From the human T2T-CHM13v2.0 reference genome, Homo sapiens, in NCBI RefSeq assembly GCF_009914755.1, contig NC_060935.1: a stretch of 64,000 nucleotides of DNA; one strand, 5' to 3'. A program made the translations under genes and the position numbers. Positions 27,611-49,744 of the stretch are shown here, piece by piece. The notes under the pieces were generated by a model, which was not told where the DNA came from, ran no database searches, and saw only the letters and a list, made by a program, of their open reading frames with translations. Numbering within the stretch: the stretch's first letter is position 1; every line of letters starts with the position of its first letter.

Positions 27611-29277
27611 AGGAGACGGGGTGCACAGTGGAAAGGAGGGGAAAAAAACCCCACACGCATGAAGAGGAAAGACAAGTAGGATGCAGGCTTGGAGGTGGAG
27701 GCTCGGCGGGACGGGGAGAAAAAAGGACAAGACCCTTCCCTAGAAGCGCTTGGTGGACACAGTGGGTGCAAACGACCAAGTGGCTGGATGGAGGGAAGAG
27801 AGACCCTCAGATGGAGGGAATAGGGGGCCCCCATACAGAGGGGCCCCCCACAGACCAGAGTCAGGGGCACACAGGTCCGTGAGCTACGTGGAATGAGAGA
27901 TGGGTCCCTGGACCACATTACTTCCGGCTCCCTGGTGTATCTCCTCCACGTTCTGGCCACCTGCGGGTCCCTGTTTTCCACCACACTGACCACTTGAAAA
28001 CTGATGGGTGGCAATTTTCACCCCTCATTGTCCTAAGGGTCGTGGGGGCTGCTTTGCTTGGTGCTGGAGTCTGGGGCCACAGTGGAACATGGCATTGATT
28101 GCTAAGAGGAAGGGACCCCACGATGCCCTGTAGAGCCCAGCTCCTCGGGGCAGGAGGAGCACATATCCACTGTCTGCCCTCTCCCCACACTCATGACCTC
28201 CACCTCCCCCAGCCCCAAACATTACAAAAGCTAAAGACATCCTGGGCACCTGTGAGAAAGGAAGAGCGGAGGTAGTTCCCACGTCCATCCTGGTGCCTCT
28301 GCCTCCCGGGTGGCGACCCTCAGGAAGGTGAAACCTGCAGCTTGGGCCCTGCAGTTTATAGAATGATATGTTTGTGGTTCCCTAAAACAAAGAGCCGTTG
28401 CCACAGCAACCGTGGCATCCCAGCACTCAGAGGCTATTCTCAGACACTAAACAATGAGTTTTGCCTTTCAAATGCATTTGATACAATTTGCTTGGAAGGC
28501 ATTAACATCCTCTGACAAAACCCATGAGGAAGAGGAGGGCAGGTGAGAGCTGACAAGGTCGAGACTTGCAGGGCTTCCAGGAATCACACCCATTCATGAG
28601 ACAGGAGGGCCCAACGGCCCCAGACACTTTCAATAGGCAAACAGGAAATGGGAAACAGCAGAGGGGAGGCAGGCAGGATCCCTAACCTTCCAACAGCAGT
28701 TCCGTGGAGGAGGAGGGGCTGCCCAGAGGTGAGGCAGTTGGGATCCCTAACCTTCTAGCAGTGGTCCCATGAAGGAGGAGCGGCTGCCACACACCCTTTC
28801 GGGGCTTCTTCAGGAGAGACGTTCCACAGTCCCATCTGGGGCAGTTCTCTTCTTCAGGGTCACTGCAAAGATGGCAGCACAGGCCAGAGCCCGCAGCAAC
28901 CACTTAATCCACCCTGCTCACTCTGCAAAGGACATTGAGTGCGTCCCCTGCTCACAGCCAGCCATTGCTTCCTCCATTTACCATTTTTTTTTTTTTTGCC
29001 AGTTCATGAACAACTTTGCTATTGTTTACAACGATCTCATGGGATTAGAATACCAAACAGTGATGCCAGTGAGAAGACCAAATAACCTTCATTCCTAGCA
29101 CCAGCCTCCTGTCACTAGCACGCTGGGCAAGCTGCCCTCAAAAACAGCTCCCGGGCGTCAGTGACAGGAACACGTGTCATCAGGAAAAAGGCATGATGTA
29201 GGCAGGCTGGGGGCAGCATCCCAATGCAAAGTACATTTTTGAACAGACTAAAGAACATGTGAACAGTACACAGAAAT

Positions 29278-29605
29278 TCCTCCATCTAGCCATCTATCCA
29301 TCTACCTATAGATCCATCCATTCATCCATCCATCCATCTTATCTATCAATCCATCTATCTAATCTATCCTATCTATCCATATCCATCTATCCATATCTAT
29401 CTAATCTATCTACCTACCTACCTAATCTGTCCATCCATCCATCCATATCTATATACTCCATCTATCTATCCATTCACCCATCCAGCTATCCCTCTAATCT
29501 AATCTAATCCAATCTAATCTAATCTAATCTATCTAATCTATCTAATCTATTTATATGTAATCTATCTATCTATCCACGATTTATCTATCTATCTAATCTA
29601 TCTAT
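29278..29605 (+). repeat. (TCCA/TCTA/TCTAA)n array, followed by a partial antisense AluJ arm (to about 29735)
   Basis: Directly visible; gagacagggtctc...cagcctcctgagaagctgg. Confidence 0.9.
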
Positions 29606-30577
29606 TGAGACAGGGTCTCTGTTACACACACTGGAGTGCACTGGCCCAGCCGTAGCTCACTGTAGCCTACAACTCCTGAACTCAAGCAACCCTCCTGCCT
29701 CAGCCTCCTGAGAAGCTGGAACTACAGGCACATGCCCTTCCTCTGTATGGCAAAATTATTTTCATTAACAGTCATGTAATAACCATCATTTTATTGATTT
29801 GTGCATCAGTTTTAAAACCAAATATTTTGAAAGAATGAATGTCAATTTTAAAGGTATTATCCAAATCCAATAAAATAGTTCATGTAAGCATTGAAATCTG
29901 CATATCTGCATTTACTAAAAAAAAAAAAAAAAAAAAAAAATTCCACCTTGTAGTTCACATCCACTGCCGTTTCAAATTTTAAACACAGATGAAAACTCCG
30001 AGTGGCTACCTAGAATGACAGCACTGAAGGAACACGAGTTCACTTTGTCTTTATAGTTACTGTGCCCTCATGTCTGTTTCAAATCTACCGTGTAATAGCA
30101 GGAATGGTGATCACAGGGCATGGAGACCAGGCCATTCCGGACCCTGCAGACTTCACTCCAGTCAAAAGGCTGTAGCTAAGCCCACTCATGCCTGAGAACC
30201 ACATGTAACTATAACAGGCTTCCCCAAGTTAATGTTCATACAGAATATGGTATTCACTAAAGGATACATTATAAAAAGATGCTAATTTGAAGTTCACAGA
30301 TACATTTCAACAGCAACTGTAGCAATTGCTTAGATCTTAGACCAACGATTGGGGGAAGGAGTATTTTATCATTGGCGATTTTTAGAACGGGGGGACATGG
30401 TGATCATTAAAAGGGAAGGGACATTTAGCTGGCTTTATTGTTATTTGGAATTCTCTCCAGATGAAGCAATAGAAGTGCCCTCCTGTTGCGTGTACCTGGG
30501 GCAGACAGCGTCACTCACTCCGCCCCCAGTAGAGCTCTGCTTTCGGAACATGATGATAAAGCATTAATATTGCATGT

Positions 30578-31932
<1,355 letters not shown>

Positions 31933-34900
31933 TCAGAGGAGTGTTTCATCCATGTGGGCTGCAGCAGGTGACAACACTTCTAGGGTCTGTGCAAGTGAAG
32001 GCAGGAAATAACAGGGCTGCTGCTGAGCGCAGAGTCGAGTCTCGTGAAATGCTCTGAGCAACGGTGGGGTAGGGGATGCTCCATCAGAAGGGGCCAGCAT
32101 GCTGAGGCAGAGCGCCCTGTCTAGTGGCCACTCCAATACTCTGGTCCCGTGACTGCCTCTCAGCCTGGGCCATCTGGACACTGGCCAACAAAGGGCCTCA
32201 CCACCTGGACCTTGGAGAATTCCACAAGGGACTGAGACCCGGTGAGATTCTAACAGCTGGAACACACACATGGCCCTGGTGAGAAAGGAGTAACTATTGC
32301 TTCCTGTCCCAGCCACACAATTTCCTCCCATCTCTTCCTCACTGATATTTTTATTTCTCTTCAGGACACAGAAAAAGAATACGGATAATTTATAACTAAA
32401 GGAGCAACAATGGTGTTCTGAATTATTTTCCCCTCTTTTTGGAACGCATCAACATGTAATTTGTGCCCCGCTCGCTGGATAACTCTGAGAGCAGGCAGGT
32501 GTTCCGAGGGCCCCAGCCAGGGTCAGGGCCAGGAGGCCTGGGCAGAGCCCTCACCCTATGCCGATGGCCAGCCTGTGACCTCACATAAGCCAAGAGGCTT
32601 CCTGGGCCGGATTTCTATAGTAACCGGCCACTGGGTCTGCCGGCATACGTCGCCTGACTTTCTGCTGTTCTATTCTTTGGCAGAACACCCTTCCCCTGCC
32701 TGCTGGCTGCCTGGAACTGAATGAAGCCACCGTGATTTCAGGGAGAGATCCCGGCTCCTGCCCTCCCCACCAGCTTCAGCAGAACTCTGCCCTCTTGGGT
32801 CATGCATTTCCTTTCCTTACTTCACCAGCTCTGGTTGTACACATCCGAGACTCCCCAGGACTCTACCAAGGGCCTGATAGAGGGGATAGAACATGAACAC
32901 CTTTGGCCACTGTGATTGGTTCAAGGATGGTTGATACCCAAAGCCATGTCATTGGCTGGACTCCTGAAGCTCTGGCCAGAGCAACAAGGAGTAAGAAGCT
33001 TACTTACTCAAGGAGTAAGGCTGAGGCCAAGCAGAGGGAAGCCAAGTATAGACACGGATAGACGGGCACATTCTATAAATATTCCCTGCGGAGAAAGTGG
33101 CTGTTTCTCTCCTGCACCAGGAAAGAACAGGTCTGAATAGTCAGCAATTGACTCAACAAATATTTGTCAAGCACCTACCAGGTGGCAGAAGCCATATTGG
33201 TTGGGTGCGCTGGGGAAAAGAGAAGACGTTAACACCTGCCTTTGTGCAGCGTGAGTCCGGCGAAGAATGCGGAGAAGCAGGAGGGAGAGTCAGCGGTTCT
33301 GAGAATGGCTCAGCCGCCATTGACTTGGCCTCAGGAGCAGGGCACTGGGGGTCCCAGACACAGGAAGGAAGGTGTCGCCTTTATGGCCTTCGCTCTGTGG
33401 ATGAAGTCAGCACTGCAGAAGGCTGCCCCATCCACATCTCTCTTACAAAACCAAGCCGCAGCTCCCTCCTGCTGAGCTGGGATGCAGATGAATATTCATG
33501 GAGAACTGGGAATTGGGAGTTGATGACCAAGTCATTCCAAAGGCAGGACCCTGGGAGGACCTCGACAAGGTCTAGACCCTAACACTGGGCCACACCTCTC
33601 AATGCAGCCCTAACTTCCCCTCCACATAGAAGGGAGAAAATTCGGAACAAACATACAGGGCATCATCACACGGGAATTCCCCATCCTGCTTTCTGGAGCA
33701 ATTTACCATATTAATTGGCTGTGGCTGATGCTCAGAAATCATGGAAAGCCACGTTTCAACCCACAGGAACCCAGGGACCTCCCTCGGGCTGCATGGTGGG
33801 TTTGGACCCTGCCTATTAAGCCAATGGTCTTGCCCAACTCAGGGCACCACCATGACGGCCTTCCTCGGGGGTGGTCTTGGACAGGGGACTGGCAGAGGAC
33901 TGGAATGGGATCTGTTCTTATTTTTCAGCCTCTACTTGATAAATGAGTCCATGAGTTTGCCATGAGAGGTGAACTTCCTCCTGCTCCATCAAAAGGGACC
34001 CTGACAAGCTCTCTGCTGCGCTACCCAGGGCTCAAAGCAGCTCCCTTCCCACTAACTCCTACGAGCTTGTTCCAGGGTCATGAATGAATGCTGAACGATT
34101 TTGGAGAAGGATCTGGTCTAAGGCCAGGAATGAGGCTGCTCCCTGCCCTCACCTCCAGCTCCAGCCAGACTCTCTGCCCCTCCAGGTCATGTGACTTCTC
34201 CTTTACCATCTCTCCCCCAGGGGACATCCTGAAGTCTGGTCCTGGGGAAGGAAAATGTTTCCTGAGGCTACGTATCTTCCTGAAGCTGCCCCCATCTTGG
34301 TGGACTCCTTGGTCAGGGCAGCCCATGTGCCCGGTGGTCCTAAGGACGAGGGTATACTGATGCCTCCATCTGGCACCTGGATCCACAGAGAATTGGGGAC
34401 CAGAATCCCATGAACTGCTGCTGCTTCATTAGCTGTTTAATGTGTCCCTTCTGGCTTGGCTAAAAGCAACAGCACTTAGGTACATATGCGTACAAGTTCT
34501 TCCTTTTCTGTCTGAAGCCTCCATAACGTCTTTTCACTTATGCTTATTAGAACCAGAATTAGAAACCTTTCCTCTGTGCAATTTAATTCTACCCAGCATA
34601 TTCTTACGAGGCTCCGATATTTGAAATCCCAAAAGGCACTTCAAGAAAGGACTCTCGATTCTCTGTCTGAATTCGGGCTCAGCTCAAAAGAGGGTCTCAA
34701 ATGCAGGGAGTGGTGAGGGAGAGAGGTTGTTATCTGTGGTGGCTTCTGAGGCTCAGAGAGGTGCCGTGGCTGGTCCAAGACCACACGGAAAATTCCGGAT
34801 TGGAACCCTCGTCCCTCTGGGATTTGGTCAAACGCTTTTTCTTCAGCTCCAATACCCAGGTGCTTTTGCATATTAACAAAAATTAAGATCTCTGTGACTA

Positions 34901-35336
34901 TTTCCTGACTCCAGTGCCAGTGGCTAGAAATTCAGGGGTTGAATCCCTTGCCCCAAAGGCCATGCGGGGCCCCCCTCCCAGGCTTATGGAGGATCGATGG
35001 GCTCTGACAGCAGGACACCGGCGGTGGGACCCTCTCTCCTGGCACCAGCTGAATGGGGCCTCGGCTGGCTTCCTGCAGTTGCTTCCAGGCCTGGAGAGCC
35101 AGGGACTCCCCAGGGAAGGGCACAAGCAAGGAGTCAGGGAAAGCGGAGTCCACAGGGATCCCAGGCCTCTCCCAGGAATGGTGACAGAGCTTCCTGGCTT
35201 TTGAGGGTAGCCAGATGTTTCTCCGAGTTTCAGGACCCTGCTGTTGCAACTGTGCTGTGCTGTGGCCCACTCAGTGGTAGATGCTGTGCAGCTCTCCAGT
35301 GCGAGGCCCAGGGGCCGGTGCTTTGCCTGCCAGGGC

Positions 35337-35498
35337 TCCAAGCTCCCCGGCTAGCCTTGGGATAGTTAGCCCAGGCACCCCAATGTCTATCCCGAGCTCA
35401 CCTGCTAGCCTGGGCATAGATAACCTGGGCAGCCTGATGTCTACTCTGAGCTTCCTGGTTAGCCTGGGTATAAACAGCACATGCACCCTGATGTCTAT
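35337..35498 (+). repeat. Degenerate 54-bp tandem repeat, about 3 copies
   Basis: (c/t)tagcc at 35351/35405/35459 and atgtcta at 35383/35437/35491. Confidence 0.9.
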
Positions 35499-36294
35499 GA
35501 AGCCAGCCATAACTCTAAATGTGAAAAGGCAGGTGCACTAATCGGGCATCCTGGTCGAAAGAAGGGCTGTGGTCAGCTGGGGAGGAGACCGGGCTTCGGG
35601 GGCTGCTGGAAGAGTCTACGAAGAAAGTTGGGGAGATGGATGGAGGTGCGCTGAGAAAAGGAACACCCTGAACAGAGGACTGAAAGATGGGGCAGGGACA
35701 GCTCCTGCCTGTGAGCTGCCTGGAAGGGGCTTGGAAAAGAGAAAGCCGGAGAGGCAGGTGGAGCCATTCAGAATTAGGAGCTTCTGAGACTTCCATTCAA
35801 GTCACCTGGAAGCGGGCATGCCCCCTCTGTGAGGCCAGGGGCATGTGCCCATGGAACACAGAAGTCAAGACTCTTCTCTGCTCCTCGCCCACCCCTGGGC
35901 TTGTGCCCTATGCTGGGATGGGGAGACCCTGGGCTGGGGCTGGGGAACACGATGTCTGCTCCCATCAGTCTGTGTACCCTCACCAGAACCTCTGCCCCAC
36001 TGACGCATAGATTTTCCCTCCATAGAACAAGGAGGACTGAAGGGGCTAGGGTCCCAGCTGCCACCTGTGGATAGGCATCCTGAGAGGATAGAGCTCCCAG
36101 GGCCATCAGCCACATTTGCTCAGGTGCAGAATCTCCAAGGGGGATTTCTCGCTGGGTCTGTGAGTCATGAGACTAAGCAGGGGTTGCCAAGATTCCCAGG
36201 ACCCTTTCACATTCTGAGTCTGTGTTCCCTGGGGTCACCAACTTTTGGGCATCCCAACCCTGAACGACAATTACTTCTGGAAGCACCTTGAGAG

Positions 36295-37322
<1,028 letters not shown>

Positions 37323-39850
37323 TGAATTCCCCAAGCCCCCAGGGGGACACACTGAGGACCAGGGTTAAAGGGTGACTCACTGGCATGATGCTGGCAGGTG
37401 AGACAAACAGCATGGAGGAGGAGGAGGAGGGAGGGAGTGGGGAAAGGGAAGGAATGAGCAAGGGAGAAGGAAGTGGAGGAGAGAAGAACGGGTGGCTCTG
37501 CTCGGCCCATTCACCAAGTGTTTCCAGGCCTGGTGAGCTCCGGGGTGGGACGGGAGAGGGGCCACTGCAGTGTGGAAGGCAGGCAGAAAGGCCCCTGGGC
37601 TGTGCCTGTAGCTAGGAGCTGGGAACCAGTTCTATAGCCTACAAGCAAGGGATTTAATACATATCTCAGAGTGATGGGGAAATTGATTTTCCTTGATAAA
37701 ATGGCCCAGTGAAAAAGATCATGACAGAAGCTGCCAAGGATTCCTTACCTTGGCAGTATCTGGTCACTGCTGCAGGCTGACATGTGACCTTGTCATTAAT
37801 AGGTCACAGAACAGGAGCAGGGGCCAGCTGGGCTAGTCTGTGCAGAAGCAGGCTTAGGTCAGAGGTAGGGCAGACCCCAAAACTTGCTTGCAAAATCAGC
37901 CAGGAGCACAGGGGTGAGGGGTGGCGGTGCAGGGAGAGGACGGTGATCCCCACGGCTTTGCTAAAAGGCGGCAGTGGCTTATCCTCATGTCCACAGGAAA
38001 GGCCACCTCTGTGCCATCTGTCCACGCTGGCCCAGCATCTGCGAGCACAGGAAGCCAAGCGGCTGGCCTGGTCCTCCAGGAGGGCAGAGCTGTGTGGATT
38101 TTGCAGGAGTGAGGGGAGGTCCTGAGGAAACAGCTGCAGGTGAACAGCAAACTGCAGGGCAGGCAGGAGGCAGGTGGAGGTGAGGGCGGGCTTGCCTGCG
38201 GCCTGTGGGAGGGGAGGGCAGGAGCCAGGGTCCCAGAGGTCAAGGTGGCAGAGAGAGAAGCAGTGTTATGGGCAGCCTTAGCAGGAGTGAAGGGGCGGCT
38301 CCGGAGTCAGGGCTGTCGGTTCCAGCCCCAGCTGCATCCCCACCCTGGGGACCCTTGTCAAGTGTCTGGGCTCCAGGATCCTCATCCTCCTGCGCCAAAA
38401 ACGGGGCAGTGAAGGCGCCTCCCTAACAGGGCTGTCATTAGGATTGAGCACTGAGCACTGAGCCCAGGCCTGGCTCTGAAAGGGCTGAAGGCACAGGAGC
38501 TATTTTTGCTGCTCAGATCAAGGCAGCAGTTGCCTCCTCCTCTGGGAAGCCATCCTGACTCTATGCCCCATTGGGATTTAGCACCCCCTAATGCTGGCCT
38601 CAGCCTTCCCACCCTGATACCTACGGCAGGTATAACATAAATGTCCTCCATCTGTAGGAAACCAACAGCCAAAAGTCCAGCTCCTCAGCTATGGCACAAA
38701 GTCCTGGTCCACCTGACCCCTGGACCTGGTGCAGGGCTTCCATGTGGAGAAATGACATGGGCAGGGACAATCCAGAACCTGACCCGAGCAGGCAGGACCA
38801 GACCAAGAGAACAAAGGGGGCTGGGAAAGGGGGCAGAGGCCACACAGGACTCCGGGAGCCCACCTGAGAGGGTGTGCTGCGGTGTGGAGCAGGACAGAGC
38901 AAAACTAGGGGGCCCGGGAAAGCCCCCAGGGTGCACCTCACCACCCTCCTGGACCCACGCCGGAGGCACAGAGAAGGGGTGGGCAAGACCCCGTGGAAAC
39001 AAGACCCGGCCTCCACCTGGGCTAGGACATGTGCCCTGAAAGCCAGGCGGGGCTGGGGAGGCCCAGGCAAGGGGAGAAGGCGCTGAGGATGCTGGCAGGG
39101 CACGGAGGGAACACCTTACAAGAGGGGACCAGGAAGGAGGAATCTGCCTTGGTCATGACCTTGGTGGTCTTCAGCCCTCTGCAGGAGTCAGAGCTGAGGA
39201 ACCAGAGGCCAACCTGCTGGGCCAGAGTCCTCGGTCTCAGAAGGGTAGGAACAGAGATCTGCAGGGAGCCAGGAGCAGGGGTGGGTGGCGCTCAGGGGCA
39301 AGGGAGGAACTTTCTGGGAGAATGGATGCAGAGAGCAAGAGGAGAATGCACCAGCCCATGCTTGGCTCAGGCCAGTGCACCAGGGCACACCCTGTGAATG
39401 CCCGAGTAGTGTTTCCCACCAGGCTGGCATCCACCCCACCAGAGAGGGCTCGGGGCTGTGATAATAACGGGGTCAGGGGGTGCTTCTCACACGTGGTGGG
39501 CAGGGGCCAGACAGGCTAAAGTCCTGCAATGCGTGGAACGGGCCCCTAGGGATTGTGAGTGACCTACCAGATGTTCAGACAAATGCAAAACCTGTTTATC
39601 TGCACAACCTCCTGCGTGTTACTTAGAAACACCACACAAATCTGCACAGCTTTAATACTCCCCGAATTTTCCAGGAATGCAATGAAAGACAGCATGGGCT
39701 TTGTTTGGTTTGGAACTTTCCTAAGAGCTGTTGACTATTTTGGAAGCCAGCCCTGCCTTGGACCACACCCGACCCATGGCTGAGCATCTCCCAGCTGCTG
39801 GAGGAGCTCTGGGGTTCATGGTGACCGGATTGGAAGGGAATGACCATTGA

Positions 39851-44722
<4,872 letters not shown>

Positions 44723-45380
44723 AGCCCATCCCTGGGTCCTGAGCAGGCCCACGAAAGATGTGGATGAGCAGAAACGCCTGGCAGGTCCTGAGAAGCAAAG
44801 GAGGAGCTGGTGCTGGGACGTCCGGCATGAGAACCACCAGCGGGATTTGAAACCGCAGTTCCAGAGGGCCCCTCGACCACTGAGTCAGACTCTGATGGTG
44901 GCGCTGGGCATCTGCATTCCACACAAGTTCCCCAAGGGACTCAGATGCACCCCAAATCATACAGGCCGCTGGGCAGCGGGGGCCTCAGTGGGTAGGAGAG
45001 GTTTAGGGCAGGCGAGTCAAGATGACAGTCAGGACCAGGACCAGGACCAGGAGTGGGGTGGTTCAGAAGCTGTCTTAGGGGCGGATGCCAGCAACATAGA
45101 AGGCTCCTGGGAATGGAGGATGGAGAGAGAGCAGAGGAGGCAGACGCAGCTGGAAGACTGGGGCCAGGACATGGGGGAGTAGGAGCTGCAACAGCCAGAG
45201 AAGCAACGTGTGTGGAAAAGCCTGTTTTCCTGAGCGGGTGTGGTGTGTGCTCCCATTAAACAGCAACAGATTAGTAGCTCACTCCACCTAGGAAGGGTGC
45301 ACAGGATCCACCATCCTTCAAACATCACTTTTAGATCTGGGGGGTAGAAGGGGACAGAGGGACATTATCTTCCATGGTCA

Positions 45381-46297
<917 letters not shown>

Positions 46298-46489
46298 TCA
46301 GGACCTGCCATTTCAGGTACCTGACATGTGCAAGTACAGCCTGGGAGAAAGGATGCCTCTCCTCTAGCACAGGCAGTCTGCCTTCCTCAGCGTATGCGGG
46401 CTCCTCTCTAGACGGGAAGAGACTGGGGCCATATCGTCCTGCTCAGTTGGTGGCAACAACCACCAACGGAGTGGCTGAAAACCACCAGA

Positions 46490-46908
<419 letters not shown>

Positions 46909-47949
46909 TCATTCTGTGATCCCACAGAGGTGACTATGCAGCACCAAAAGCGTGTCCTCCTCCCTCCCTCTCTCGGTCTCCATCCCCCAGGGTAGAGGGC
47001 CAGGCTGCACCTCCCCTCTGAAGGTCTCCTGGGTGACCATGATGGACCCTCACCCTGACACTGCTAAGAGCATTCTGGGAAGGAGCATCCCAGTGACAAT
47101 TGAAAATTTCATGGTGGGTGAGAAATGCCACAGAAGACATTCCTCTTTGAAATGTTAATGTGGAAGGTGGAGGAATCTAGGCTTTGCAGAGAAAACAACA
47201 GATTCTGTGGGTGAGAAGTTACTCTGAGCCCCGGCTGAGGACAGGGGTGGCCAGGACCAGTTCTGACTAAAACATGATGTCTCTCGAAAGCTCAGAAGAT
47301 GAGCACCTCAAGCCACCCTCGTGAGAGACCACTGTGAGCTACAAAGGCTTCCCTCGGGGGCTGCCAGGCAGCACCGTCACACCGTCATGAGGCTGGCACC
47401 TTAGTCCATCAGTCCATCCATTCTCAGACAACTCTCTCCAGCCGCCAGGCTCCACCCCATGCGGTCTTAAGCATCATCTTCCTCCAGCCCTACCCTGCCT
47501 TCTAAGCACAGCTGGGGAGCTGGCTAGGAGCTGACAAATGCTTAGCTCTAGTAATCCTAGAGCGAGGGAGCCTGGATGAGGAAGCAGAGAGGAGATACCC
47601 CTCTAACTATGGGAGGGGGGACTGCCCTGTTGGTGATCTGTGGCCCAGGAAGCCTCCTCTTCCCTCTGGCCACCTTCCCAGCTCTGGTTCTAGGTCCAGC
47701 CTCTATGAAGCCTCCCCAGCCTGCCCCATCCCAGTCCACACTGATGCCTGCAGCTCTTGTATGGTGGAAGGTTTTTCTCAGCTTCACCAAGGAGGCAGCA
47801 GCATGTGGTGGTTGAAAGGACAGGTTCTCAAGGTAAGTACTTCAGCATCAGATGGACATGGGGTTGAAATCTGGTTTGCCCAATTCCTCCAGCATGTGGC
47901 TCTGGAAAAGTCCTGAATTTAAGATGTCATCGGTGCCCTGCCTGCATCT

Positions 47950-48322
47950 CCTTGGCACTCACTGTTCCCAGGTATGTGCACTGCTTACCCCCACAGGCCC
48001 CTGCAATTCCCCAAATCCCTGATGGGGGTCTTGGTACCCAGAGGGAGCACGCATAGGAGCTGGAACTGGTGGGTAAATACATGAACTGCTTCATAATGAC
48101 CAGGCACACCCTCTGCAGGTTCCCAGAGGACCCCAGGGGCCTGAGCCTCCGGGGCCCACAGAGTCAACTGCTCATGAACACATGTGTACAGCTGGTGCCC
48201 TGCCCTTCCCTGACTTCCTTCCCTAAGTCCCTGCTGGTGCTTCCTGTATCTCCTCCACAATAAACAACTTGTCCTCAAATCCTCACCTCAAGGTCAGCTT
48301 CTAGGGGAGCCCCACCCCAAAT
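47950..48322 (+). mobile_element. ERVL LTR16-like fragment between MIR pieces
   Basis: aataaacaacttgtcctcaaatcctcacctcaaggtcagcttctagggg. Confidence 0.6.
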
Positions 48323-49307
48323 GCCATGTCGCCTAGGCTCTTCTACACATGGAGACCACAACTGCATCTGGACGTGGAGGTTTGCATGGCTGTGATGCTG
48401 TACGTGAAGTGCTGGCCTGTAGTACTTGGTAAGTGCTAACTGTTTTCACTGTGGTTACTCATTCATTCACCCAGAAGTTGGGCAGCTTTCTTAAACAATG
48501 GGCAAAGACCCGCATGCAGGAGTTAGCAAGACACATGCAGGCAAAAAACGCACAAGCTAGTGGGGAAGAGAGTATGAGACCCTCCCCACCACATACCCAG
48601 CACCTGGCCCCTGCCAGAGGGGCGATGCAAAGTGGGGGTGACCACAGGGGAGGGGGAGAAGCAATTGGGTTCCAACCTACAGGTTTAGTTAAGAAGGCAT
48701 TAGTTCAGGATTTCACAACAGATTCACTGTGCTTGGATCAATCAACACATTGAGAGATGTCAGGTTCCTAGAGGACTCAGCCTCCACACCCTTCATCTCT
48801 CTCTGCGGGAAACTTTCAACACAATTGATCTAAATGGCACAGTTTTTGTTGATGCCAGTTTGCTAGTTCATAATCACGAACCCTTAGATGACTCAGATGA
48901 AACAAGAGGTTTTTTTTCTTCTTCTTCTTTGTAGATGCACAAGGAACCGCATGGGCAAGTATAGATTTTCTAAACTATCCTTTCCCTTTGGGGCCCTGGG
49001 AAAGCCCAAAAATCAGGGAACAACAGACACTGACTCCCTGCGTAAGCTGATTGTAAAAGCCAGTCCTGCTTCTTTCCTGCAGGACTGGGGATTTTACAAA
49101 CATACGGACATGAGAGACTCAAACCTCGATCCTGGCACTTCAAAATATGTTAGTCACGTGAGCCTGTGGTGGGTGCCCCCCTCTCTCAATGGGGGGTGCT
49201 GTTTACAGTTAACAATTGATCAGAACAGGTAAAGGGTAATTAAAATGTATTCGCCCAACAAATGGGCATTCCTTTTATAATAATGAAAAAAACCTCTCTG
49301 TTCGTAA

Positions 49308-49744
<437 letters not shown>

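Noticed and set aside
29740-30330. AT-rich segment with a long A-tract, possible retrocopy or DNA transposon
   Set aside because: No TSD and no family could be identified by eye.
32112-32131. CTCF-like TGGCCACTAGACAGGGCGCT (minus)
   Set aside because: Two extra bases break the core spacing.
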